Shown here: positions 26,001 to 37,232 of the stretch, in pieces
Layout of the letters: the number at the start of each line of letters is the position of its first letter
Position numbering within the stretch: position 1 is the first letter of the stretch
NCBI RefSeq assembly: GCF_020745735.1
Contig: NC_083409.1
Coordinates: 6,685,534 to 6,749,533, forward strand
DNA length: 64,000 nucleotides
Reading direction: 5' to 3'
Origin: Hemiscyllium ocellatum
Taxonomy: Eukaryota
The notes under the pieces: model-generated
Database searches by the model: none
What the model saw: only the letters and a program-made list of their open reading frames with translations
Told to the model about the DNA's origin: nothing
Translations under genes and position numbers: made by a program

Positions 26001-26680
26001 GTTGGTGAATAGTGATGGGATTGAGTGTAACCAGAAAAAAAAGGAAGGGGCAGAATTTTGGAATATCAAAGGAACCATGAATAATAGAACAAACTTAAAG
26101 AGTTTTTATCTGAATGTGTGAACCATTCCGAGTAAGGGAGATAAAGTGATGCCACAAATTGAGGTAAATTGAGTTTCCAAGGGATTTAAACTAGTTAAAG
26201 TGGAGGAGGGCTCAGGAGAAGTTATTCAGGTTTCTAGAAAATGTAATAGGAGAGAGAGTATGGAAAGGAGCAAGAGTTGAACATCAAACACAAGAGATAA
26301 GAGGACAATGATGGGAAGGAAGGCAGTCAATGCAGAACTGAGGGTATTGAACTTAAATGCACACAGTATACACAATGAGCTTGTAGTCCAGATTGAAACT
26401 GGCAGGTACGATGTTGTGGGTATAACGGGGACATGGCTGTAAGGGGAACGGGCTGGGCACTAAATATCCAAGGATACATGTCCTATAAAAAGGAGAGGCA
26501 GATGGGCAGAGGAGCAATAGTTGCCTTGTTAGTAAGAAAGGAAATTAAATCAATAACAAGAAGTGATATAGAGTCAGAAGGTGTAGAATCTGGGTGGGTA
26601 CAGTTGAGAAACCGCATGACATAAAGAATCTGATGAAAGTTATGTCCAGGTCTCCAAGCAGTAATCACGATCATGATCAG
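23094..26680 (-). repeat. Truncated J-C intron of C1, paralogous to 36617-39400
   Basis: Colinear blocks 23240-23640/36745-37140, 24220-24800/37600-38200, 25800-26675/38450-39395 with shared old CR1/L2 fragments. Confidence 0.8.
25070..25720 (+). mobile_element. CR1 LINE 3' fragment (absent from the C2 intron)
   Basis: ORF 25005-25664: [12 protein letters not shown]...LPGLEGLSHLERL; gactctaa tail. Confidence 0.85.
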
Positions 26681-27944
26681 GAGGGGACAATAGGGAACAC
26701 AATAATCTGATGCAAATTCTCCATCAACGCTCACCCATCCCTTAGGCACAGCAACATTACAAGCCAAGAAATTCAAATAAACGGTTTAGGAGGCAGAGCC
26801 ACTGGAAACCCTATATTGATGAATATGACCAGCAGGACCTTGTCACTCAGAATAACAATTGCACAATAACAATTTGCGAAATAAATATTCCAAAAATTAG
26901 ACATGGGTTTTCTTTACTCTTCAAATGAGATGGAATTGTCCCGTGCGTCCCTGTGGTCAGATTGAGAATTTTTAGTCTGGGACTCACAGCTGGGGAGGAC
27001 AGTCAATGATAAACTGGTTCCTCTTTCTGCTGTCATATTCTGTAGGCCCTGGGTCATCTCAGTGGCAACCATCCAGGGCTCAGGGTGGATTCCAGAGCAG
27101 CTCATTGTCCTGACTGTTTGTTCCTCAGTTCACACGTGGCTCCAGCAATCTCACTCCATGGTTCTCGTATCAGTGGGCACCATGGGGCTGAAATCTTATC
27201 CAAACAGAATCTCACACAGCGGGGAGGCTGCTGGTGGATCAGAAACCCCTTTAATTGAATCCCAGATTCCACTGTGGCTCTTTCATTCAAACACAGTATT
27301 AGCACACTAACACCACATTCAGAGGACAATCCTGAGATGGGGCAAGTTTGGTTCTTGATTCGAATGTGAGGAAATGAGGGCTGGGTGTGAAATGTCTAGA
27401 GCGACACTGGTGGGGGTACTTTATAATGAAGAATAGAAACTGATGTCTGAATAAAGTCAGGTGTTGATGGGAGTGAGGAATATCTCAGTGATCTGTCTCC
27501 AGAATCCACAGCCTACACACATCCTTCTGTCAGACCCTGAAGGCTGAGAAACAACCACTTGACATCTAATATTTCTCCAGGTTTCCCAGAAATGGTGAAA
27601 TATTTTCTGCGTCAGTAATTTCCTGGGACAGGACATTTTAAAAAGGGCTGTGGGAAGGGAACTGTTGACTTTCAATGACAAAGCCGGCGGAAGGATGTGG
27701 AGCTGGCACTGTGAAATGTTAGGGCAGAGAGGATGACACCAGAAGCAATTCAATGCTGTCACTTTCTGCTTTGCAATTTCTAAACTGGTAATAATTGGTT
27801 TTCCCTCACAATTTGCTCTTTTGTATTCAATCCACTTGCCTTTCTTGCTTTGCTTCTTTTGACTTGAGTTTGTGGGTAGCTCCATCAACAACCAATTTCC
27901 TCACTCTCATCCAGGCCCCTGAAGAGATTAGAGACAAAACAAAC

Positions 27945-28170
27945 TGCAAATGCTGGAATCCAACGTTGACAATCAGGAGGCTGGGAGAACACAGCAAGCC
28001 AGGCAGCATCAGGACGGGGAGAATTCAACGTTTTGGCTGTAACTCTACTTCAGGAATGGTGGTGGGTTGGGGGGTGGGGGAATGATGGGGGAGCTGAAGA
28101 TAAAGGGAGTGGTAGGGGCAGGGTGGTGAGATGGGGACAGATGAAGATAGGTAGAGGGTAATACCTGATT
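27945..28170 (-). mobile_element. Penelope terminal fragment
   Basis: gctgggagaacacagcaagccaggcagcatc, same terminus as at 16110. Confidence 0.7.
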
Positions 28171-29258
28171 AGTTGATGGGAGGGATGAATACAAATTAAT
28201 CTCTGACATTGACGAATCAGATCATACTCTCTACCATTCTCAACCTATCCCTACCTTAACACCCTGCACCGCCCCATTCCCTTTATCCCCTTTTACAATC
28301 TTTCCTCATCACAGCCCAGTCATTCCAGGGATCAATCGAGTAAAATTCCTGTGAACCACCTCCGATGCGTTTATATTCTTATGACTTGGAGAGGAACTTG
28401 CTCGTGTGATGGTGCCGTGTATCTGCTGGCCTTGTCCAAATATAAGTGGTCATGGGTTTGGAAGCTGTTTGGTGAATCTCTGCAGTGCATCTTGTAAATA
28501 GTACACAGAGCTGTTAATGATCATTGGTGTGGGGGGAATGCATGTGTGTGAATGTGGTTCCAATCAAGTCGGTAAACTTGTTTTCAACAATATTTAAATA
28601 AAACAATATTAAACACCATAAAATTAAATATAAATAAAAAATTGTTGCCTTTTAGATAAAACATCACTGAACCCCAAAAGTTAATCCTCCTCTTCCCGAA
28701 GAGGCTGCATCTGTTCCCTTCTCCAACATTGTGCTTCTATTTGAGATTTGCAGTATTTTGTTTTTGTATCTATTTTAATGTCATTGGTTATAAGAGAAGC
28801 ATTGGTCAGCACACTGGGGAGATTTTCCATGAGATGATCACAAATCCCGTATATTCACATTGACCTGAGAGGGCAGTGGTTTAACCGATCATCCAACAGA
28901 TGGCGTCTTTGCCTTTGCCAGCCTCGGGATAGTGCTACAGTGTCTGGAGTGGGGCTTGAAACCTGCAGGTTCAGGTGACGGTGTTAACACTGAACCCATC
29001 CATTCTTTTCTGGGATGTGGGTGTCACTGGCAAGACCAGCATTTGTTCTCCATCCCTACCTGACCCGAAACTGAGTGGCTTGTTTAGCCTTTCAAATGGC
29101 AGTTAAGTGCCAGCCACATTGCTGGAGAGATGTTTTGTTCATTCTGTGATACACGGAGATTATGTCTGTATTGGGTATCACAAGGTATGTTCCCTCTCCA
29201 ACACTTTCCAACACACTCTCTCCATCTTGCTTTACTCTTATTGACTCTTCTACAATTG

Positions 29259-29295
29259 ATTCCTGATGAAGGGCTTATGCCCGAAACGTCGGATT
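29259..29295 (+). ncRNA. Minimal hammerhead ribozyme motif (Penelope type)
   Basis: CUGAUGA (29263-69), A, stem II GGGC/UUAU/GCCC, GAAA (29283-86), CGUC; short helix I AUUC/GGAU. Confidence 0.7.
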
Positions 29296-29354
29296 TCCTG
29301 TTCCTTCGATGCTGCCTGACCTGCTGCGCTTTTCCAGCAACACATTTTCAGCTG
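29259..29354 (+). mobile_element. 96-bp Penelope-derived insertion with 11-bp TSD
   Basis: TSD TTCTACAATTG at 29248-29258 and 29355-29365; single empty site in the paralogous arm at 34374-34384. Confidence 0.9.
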
Positions 29355-29599
29355 TTCTACAATTGTCCCTGTTCCCTCACTCCGTCCCGGTCCCAGAGGG
29401 ATTGATGGCCGGAGTTCATGATCCTGCACTGCGTGAAGGTGATGTGAAGTGACACCAGTGTGTTAGAGATTGGGCTCCTGCTTCAGGCTCAGGTGTAGGG
29501 ACCTGTTTAATAATCTGCACATTGTCCTTTCCTCTTTCTGAATGAACTGGATCAAGTTGCAGGAACGAGCTGGCGACAAGGTGTCTTGTCTAAAATGTT

Positions 29600-30720
29600 C
29601 CCAGCATTGGAACTAGCTGAGTTGGAGGAGATAGAGGGCAGTGATGGAAGGGTGGTTTTCAGAATGGAGGGCTGTGACTCATGGGGTTCCACAGGGAACT
29701 CTGCTGTGTGTGGTCTACATAAATGATTTGGAGGAAAGTGTAGCTGGTCTAATTAGTAAGTTTAAAATTGATACAAAGATTTGTAGAATTGCAGATAATG
29801 AGAAGGATTATCTAGGATATGGCAGGATAGAGATCAGTTGGATGCTTGGAAAGAAAAATGGCAGATGTAGTTTAATCCAGACAAATGTGAGATGATGCAT
29901 TTTGAAAGGTGACGTACAGGTGGGAATTATACAGTGAATGGCATAATCCTTTGGAGTATTGATATGAAGAGGGATCTGGGTGTGCATGTTCACAAATCAC
30001 TGAAGTTGCCAGCACATGGAGTTATGGCAGGAAAAAAAAAGCTTATGGCCTGCTTGCCTTCATTGGAAGAGGCATTGAGTGTAAGGATAGACAAGTTATG
30101 CTGCAGCTTTATAGAACTTTAGTTCGGCCACACTTGGAATATGGCATACAGTTCTGGTTGCATACAACTGCATACAGTCCAAAAAGGTGGATGTGGATGT
30201 TTTGAAGACAGTGCAGAAAATGTTTACCAGGATGTTGTTTGGTATGGGCGGGGGGGGGGGGGGGCGGGAATTGTAGTTCTGAAGAAAGGTTGGAGAGACT
30301 GAGTTTGTTTTCACTGGAATGCAGGAAAATGCAGGATGCAGGTGCGTCCTGATAGAAGTTTACAGAGTTGTGAATGGGATAGACTCATATGGGAAAATAT
30401 GAGTCTTTTTCCCAGGGTGGATGGGTCAAAGACTAGGGGACACAGGTTCAAGGTGCAGGGGTTTGGGGGGAATTAATTGTAAAGAGATGCACAAACCAAG
30501 TATTTCATACAAAGGGAATTGAGTACCTGGAACACACTGCCAGAGGAGGGGGTGGAAGCAGACACAATAGAAGTATTCAAGAAATACCTGTACTAATGCA
30601 TGAATAGGAAGGGAATAGAGGGAGATGAATCCTGTCGATGAAGATAGTTTCAGTTTAGGAGTGCAAAATGTGTAAGCACAGGCTTGGAGGGCCGAAGGGC
30701 CTGTTCCTGTGCTGTATTGT
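29600..30720 (+). mobile_element. CR1 LINE 3' part, shared by both arms (mirror copy about 33060-34130 on minus)
   Basis: WRAVTHGVPQG, LISKFKIDTKI, CR1 tail gggccgaagggcctgttcctgtgctgta. Confidence 0.85.
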
Positions 30721-31129
30721 TCCTTGTTCTTTGATCCCTGCTGTTGAATTGGATTCTCGGGAGCCAGCTCCGTATGAAGAGCCTGTTCTCATTCTTTTGT
30801 TGGAGTTCATGGGGCAGCTGCTGCTTCCTTGCTACGTCCCTGATCAAACCAACAATGGGGAAAGCCTCTTGATATTTTAAATACACTCTCTGCAGGAAAA
30901 TATTTGGCTGAGGTTTTAATATTGTTTAATAAGATAATGACATCATTGCACCAGTGTTGTTTACGGCTGGGAACATTTAACATCATAGTCCTTGTTTTAA
31001 ATGTACTCTCACTCATTATAATACAGTTTTCAATGTTTCTCTCCCTTTATGTGTTATGAAGAGATTTGCCAAATGTTTTGGTGAGGACAGTGCATCTTCA
31101 TTGGAGGATTGGAAGATGATATCTTCAGG

Positions 31130-32270
31130 ACACACGCACTAAACAATCCCACCACCCTGTGTCCGACCATTTCAACTCCCCCTCCCACTTGCTAAGGATA
31201 TGCAAGTCCCTAGGCCTCCTCCACCGCCAAATTGAAGCAAGATAACTACTGGAGAAAGAACACCACATCTTCCACCTTGACACCCTGCAATGACACAGAA
31301 TCAATGTTATAGAGTCACAGAGTCATAGAGATGTACAACATGGAAACAGACCCTTCGGTCCAACCCGTCCATGCCGACCAGATATCCCAACCCAATCTAG
31401 TCCCACCTGCCAGTACACAGCCCATATCCCTCCAAACCCTTCCTATTCATATACCCATTCAAATGCCTCTAAAACTGTTGCAATTGTACCAGCCTCCACC
31501 ACATCCTCTGGCAGCTCATTCCATACGCGTAACAACCTCTACGTCAAAAAGTAGCCCCTTAGCTCTCTTTTATTTCTTTCCCCTCTCACCCTAAACCTAT
31601 GCCCTCTAGTTCTTGACTCCCCAACGACAGGGAAATGATGTTGTCTATTTGTCTTATCTATGCCCCTCATAATTTTGTAAACCTCTATGAGGGCACCACT
31701 CAGCCTCCGATGCTCCAGGGAAAACAGCCTCAGCCTGGTCAGCCTCTCCCTGTAGCTCAGATCCTCCAACCCTGGCAATATGCTTGTAAATCTTTTCTGA
31801 ACCCTTTCAAGTTTCACAACATCATTCCGATAGGAAAGAGAACAAAATTGCACGCAATATTCCAACAGTGGCCTAACCAATGTCCTGTACAGCCGCAGCA
31901 TGTCCTCCCAACTCCTGTACTCAATACTCTGAATGTTGATGTTACTTGTTTCCTCATCTCCACTTCCCCCCAGCTTATCCCAGATCCAACCCTCCAACTC
32001 GGCACCACCCTCTTGAACTGTCCTACCTGTCTATCTTCCTTCCCACCTATTCACTCCTCCCTTCACTCTGACTTATCACTGTCACCCCCCACCTCCACGT
32101 ACCTATTGCAATCTTCATTATCTTTTCCCCAGCCCCAATTCCCTCCCATTTATCTCTCCGACTCCTCACTCCCTCCTCCCCATTCCTGATGAAGAGCATA
32201 TGCTCAAAACGTCGACTCTCCTGCTCCAGGGATACTGCCTGACCAGCTGTGCTTTTCCAGCACTACACAA
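31130..32270 (+). mobile_element. Penelope 3' fragment interrupted by a CR1 insertion
   Basis: Penelope 3' sequence resumes after the CR1 and ends with cctgatgaagagcatatgctcaaaacgtcgac...ttttccagc. Confidence 0.75.
31309..31931 (-). mobile_element. CR1 LINE 3' fragment with TSD
   Basis: ORF 31539-31997 (LVRPLLEYCVQF); gactct(a/g)t tandem tail; AATGTT at 31303-31308 and 31932-31937. Confidence 0.85.
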
Positions 32271-32921
32271 TTTCACTCTGTTCTGTGGTAACAGTGTGTT
32301 AAAGCCCAGCGCAGGTCATCCGTCATCTCAATCAGATCACAGAGTCTCAGCTTGGTCAGTAATGTTTGGCCCCAGAACAATAACACTGACTGACTGAAGA
32401 CAACCCAGATCAAGTCCCAGTGAGAGTGTTATTGACCTTCACACACAAAGCCCACCAAGGAGGTGGTGGTTGTTAGTCTCAATGTTGCCACAGATCACGT
32501 TCTCCCGAAGACTCATAATTCAGTTCATATTTTAAACAAGGGAGGGATGTTGTGGGGAGACAGATGGGAAGGCATGGAGAGGAAACAAAAAGGAGAGAGA
32601 ATTGTACTTCTGTTACACCGTTCATGAGCTCAGGATGTTCAAATATGTTTTACAGCTAATGGAATACTTCCAATGTCTAGTCATTGTCGTTGTGGAGGGG
32701 GGTGGGTGGGTGGGGAGGGCGGGTGGTGGGTGGTACTGACACCATCCCCAAACAGAAGGAATGCCAAAAATGCTATCACTATGAGAGTGGAAAGGTCGGG
32801 TGGGGACAGTGACAGTGATGCCCTCCACAGAGAGAGGGGAAAGTACACAGACACATTTAAAACTGTATTAACACAAGTGAGAAATCAAACAACCTCCCAC
32901 TCCATCATGAGTCTTCCCGCG

Positions 32922-34615
32922 TTGTTGGTTTGATCAGTGACGTAGCAAGGAAGTAGCAGCTGCCCTATGAACTCCAACAAAAGAATGAGAACAGGCTCTT
33001 CATACGGAGCTGGCTCCAGAGAATCCAATTCAACAGCAGGGAACAAAGAACAAGGAGCAATACAGCACAGGAACAGGCCCTTCGGCCCTCCAAGCCTGTG
33101 CTTACACATTTTGCCCTTCCTCACTGAAACTGAATTCACCTACAGGATTCATACCCCTCTATTCCCTTCCTATCCGTGTATTCATCCAGATGTTTCTTGA
33201 ATGCTGCCATTGTGTCTGCTTCAACCATCTCCACTGGCAGTGTGTTCCAGCCCCTCACCACTGTTTGTGTGAAATACTTACCTCACACATCTGTTTTCAA
33301 TCCCCACCGCACCCCCCCCCCCGACACCTTGAATCTGTGCCCCTAGTAACTGACCCCTATACCCTGGGAAAACCCTCATATTTCCCACTCTCTCCATGCT
33401 ATTCACAATTGCATCCATTTCTATTAGGTTGCCCTTCAACCTCCTGATTCCAATGAAAACAAATCCAGTCCATCCAACCTTCCTTAATCACTAAACCCCT
33501 CCATATCAGCAGCATTCTTGGTATTTTTTTTTTCTGTACCCTCTCCAAAGCATCCACATCCTTCTGGTCATGGTGACCAGAACCATATGCAATATTTCAA
33601 GTGTGACCAAACTAAAGTTCAGTAAAGCTGCAGTATAACTTGTCTATTCTAATCCTCAGTGCTCCTCCCAATGAAGCCAAGCGTGCCATTGGCCTTTTTA
33701 CTACTTTAAGTGCTGGCACCATCAGTGATCTGTAAACATGTACATCCAGATCCCTTTGCATTTCAATACTCCAATGGATTCTGCCATTCACTGTGCAGGT
33801 ATTCTGCCACCTGTATTTCATTTTTCAAAATGCATCATTTCACATTTATCTGGATTAAATGTCATCTGCCATTTTATTTACATGCGTCCAATTGATCTAT
33901 GTCCTGTTGTAGCCTCTGGTAATCTGATCATTAACTGCAACTCCAGCAACCTTTGTGGCATCCACAAACTCATCAATTAGACTAGCCATTTTTTCGTCCA
34001 AATCACTGATGGAGTCCATGAACAGCAAAGGTCCCATCATTGATCCCTGTGAAACCCCATAAGACACATCCCTCCATTCTGAAATCCATTCTTCCATCAT
34101 TACCCTCTGTCTCCTCTGATACAGCCAGTTCTGTATCCAAAGCAGGGAACATTTTAGACAAGGCACCTTGTCGGCAGCTCGTTACTGCACCTTGATCCGG
34201 TTCACTCAGAAAGAGAAAGATGACAATGTGCAGATTGTTGAACAGGCCCCTACACTGAGCCTGAGGGAGGGGTCCAAGCTCCAACACACTACACATGAAA
34301 CTTAAGACAGAGTGGGGTCATGAAGGCTGCCCATAAATTCCTTTGGGACCAGAAAGGAGTGAGGAAACAGAGACAATTGTAGAAGAGTCATTAAGGATTA
34401 AAGCAAGATGGAGTTAGTGTTATGGAAAGGGATTAGTGGAGAAAATATTTTTTTGCCACCCAACGCTGACACAGTCTCCGTGTATCACATCATGAATAAA
34501 ACAGCACACTGTGAGGACAATCAAAAGTTACACCAAAGTACTTTTTTTTGATATATCACAGCACGCAGAGCATTTTCATTGTGGTGCAATTAGGTATCCT
34601 GGTTCAAAAGATGTT

Positions 34616-34652
<37 letters not shown>

Positions 34653-35630
34653 CATTTCCTCACATTGGAATCAAGAACCAAACTTGCCCCATCTCAGGAT
34701 TGTCCTCTGAATGTGGAATCAGTGTGATAATGTTATGTTTGAATGAAAGAGCCACAGTGGAATCTGGGACTGAATCCAAAGGGTTTCTGATCCACCAGCA
34801 GCCTCCCCACTGTGTGAGGGTCTGTTTGCATAAGATTGCAGCCCCATGGGTTCCCACTGATACGAAAACCATGGAGTGAGATTACTGGAGCCACGTGTGG
34901 ACTGAGGAACACAACATTCAGGACAATGAGCTGCTCTGGAATCCACCCTGAACCCTGGATGGTTGTCACTGAGATGGTCCAGGGGCTACAGAATATGACA
35001 GCAGAAAGTGGAACCAGTTTATCATTGACTGTCCTCCCCAGCCGTGACTCCTAGACTGAACATTCTCAATCTGACACCAGGGGCAATTCCATCTGATTTG
35101 AAGAGTAAAGAAAACCCAGGTCTAATTTATGGAATATTTATTACCCAAACCCTGTGGAATTGTTATTCTGAGTTCCAAGATTCTGCTGATCATATTGATC
35201 AATGGTGTGTCCCCAGTGACCCTGATCTGAATTGCTTGGCTCAGGATCTTGCTGTCCCTGACGGATGGGTTGATGTGGATGGGGCATTGCCATCAGAATA
35301 TTTTGTAACAGGAATGGATCAAGACAGTATAGTGGGTGACATAGTGGTTCAGTGGTTAGCACTACTGCCTCATCGTGCCAGGGACCTGAGTTCGATCCCT
35401 GCCTCAGGCGAGTATCTGTGTGGATTTTGCACATTCTCTCCAAATGCTGCATGGAATAAATACTTTGCAAACCCTGTGATATCATTATTCTGGGTAGCAA
35501 GATCCTACTGGTTAAATTGATCAATACAATGCTAACTGAAATGCTTGGCTCGGGATCTTGCTGTGCTGAAAGGATATGTTGTTGTTCAGGGGAATTCCCA
35601 TCAGATTATTGTGTTCCCCATTGCCCCCTC
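32922..35630 (-). repeat. IgL C-downstream flank module, copy M4 (native flank of C2)
   Basis: Reverse complement of M3; contains (CT)n at 34620-34648 and an internal duplication 35230-35310/35540-35620. Confidence 0.9.
35335..35450 (+). mobile_element. V-SINE 5' fragment
   Basis: tagtggttcagtggttagcact...gagttcgatccc...tgtgtggattttgcacattctc. Confidence 0.75.
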
Positions 35631-36257
35631 TATTCTCCCCTTCCTGCGCCATACCTGGGGATTGGGGTGGAGCTTTTCACTTCGTACACCTATCCCTGAG
35701 GACTCAGCTCTGGCCATTACCAAAGCACTTACGAGACAAAGACTGAATCTTCTTCATCTTTATTCCCCTTCCCAGAGTGACATTGACAGAAAACAGTCAG
35801 CAATTAACAGCCCAGACAAAGGAAGCTGCACAAATTCACAGCAACAATGGAGCTTGAGGAAAATACTTGTGGAGATTTTCTCAATAACATGAGAATCCTG
35901 TCCCTTTAAACAATGACAAACCCTAAATTGGAACTGACAGCTGAGCAGGAAGGAGATCTGGTTTACTGAAGCAGAGTATTCTGAAGTTCAAATTGTTTTT
36001 GCACAGCTGACAGTCTTTAGTATCTTCCAGCTGTTTTACTTGACATCGCAAGTTAGCACTGTCCCCATCAAAGACATCCAGATCCGGGATAGCAAGGGGC
36101 TAGATAAAGAGTAAAGTTTTCTCTACATTATCCTAATGACCTGCCTTAACCCTGAAGCTCAGAAGTGCCTCCAAGCCAGTCCTGAGAAGGAAGAGAGTTG
36201 GAATTCCGTGCTGACAATGACCTTTGTCCTGCCAGCTCAGCCCTGTTCTATTTAAAG

Positions 36258-36616
36258 TTATGTCTCCTCTGGACTGTCTCCAACACTCTGCACACATTCT
36301 GATCTCCTGTTGCTCTTGCTGAGGGAAGAGGGGAGTGTCACACGGGTGAGGGCACAGGGAAAGTGAGTGTTGGACTCCCGGTCAGACCCAGAGAGGGTCA
36401 GCAGGCTGCTGACACTATAGTTGCTGTCCGAAGGTCGCAGGAAGTTGCTGGTCTGAACCCCGTCCGAAATGACTGCACCGTTCTTCTTCCACTGCGCCTC
36501 CAGCTCATCGGGATATAAGTGATTGGCAAGGCACACCAGGTTGGCAGTGCCCTTGGCATTGACCTGCTCCGGGGAGGGGGGCAGTAGAGACAGCTTGGGC
36601 TGAGAGTTGTCATGGC
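36258..36616 (-). CDS. IGKC: Ig light-chain constant exon C2 (kappa-like NS4 type), open frame with stop-loss extension
   Basis: Acceptor ctttcag|gc; HDNSQPKLSLLPPSPEQVNAKGTANLVCLANHLYPDELEAQWKK...FPCALTRVTLPSSLSKSNRRSECV then CAG (36288-90) where C1 has TAG; TAA at 36258-60. In phase with the J donor. Confidence 0.93.
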
Positions 36617-37232
36617 CTGAAAGATTAATCACTGCCTTTTGAAGGTAAATCAATTCTCTGAATATTAACTGGTAAAACATTTGAACATTTGTATCCAGTA
36701 GCGAGCATGCCTGACAAAAGCACTGGCATTTTAAAAATTGCTTTTTGGGACGTGTATGGCACTGGCAGAGCCAATTGCTGCCCATCCCTAACTGTCTCTG
36801 AGAAGGTGATGGTGACGCAGCAGAAAGATAAGGGACAGTCCTGGACCACCATTTAAGGAATGAATGTGGGCAGCTGGAAGGGCTATCAATGTGGGAACAT
36901 TTTCGTGACAGTGATCAGAACACAATGAGATTGAGAATAGGGATGGAAATGGAGAACCATGGAGCAAGTGTAAAAGTTTTCATTTGGGAACAATCCATTT
37001 TACCAAACTGTGTGGTAATTTGATAAAAGAGTACTGGAATCATCGACTTGTTGGGAGATCAGTGACAGGGCAGTGGGAGGTCTCCAAGGGTGAGACAGAG
37101 ACAGAGATCATTCAGAATCTTTTCCCAAAAGAGTAAGAGTGGCACTCCCAAAGACAGAGTCTCGGCAAAGATGTGAAACTATCGATATGATGTGGAGGCT
37201 CTGGTGTCCGACTGGGGTGGACATGTTCAGGA

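Larger units (their letters stand above)
26681..32650 (+). repeat. IgL C-downstream flank module, copy M3 (inverted relative to C1/C2)
   Basis: 26681-27370, 29130-29600, 29600-30660 and 30663-30855 are reverse complements of 35630-34660, 34510-34140, 34130-33115 and 33114-32922; later parts match M2. Confidence 0.9.

Noticed and set aside
26710-26717. Perfect octamer ATGCAAAT in M3, with an NF-kB-like GGGAATTCCC at the homologous M4 position (about 35590)
   Set aside because: Neither motif is conserved between paralogous copies; likely chance.
27457-27891. 144-aa minus-strand ORF in non-repeat DNA
   Set aside because: No recognisable domain or splice context; starts within low-complexity sequence.
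30650-30886. Protein-like frame (LIRDVARKQQLPHELQQKNENRLFIRSW) in the converted tract
   Set aside because: The mirror copy has an in-frame TAG; no splice sites or family recognised.
36617-36785. ORF 36258-36785 extends C2 upstream to an intronic ATG, resembling a surrogate-light-chain-like unique region + C protein
   Set aside because: The extension is intron sequence, starts in an L2 remnant, has no signal peptide and is not open in the C1 paralogue; about 56 open codons is plausible by chance.
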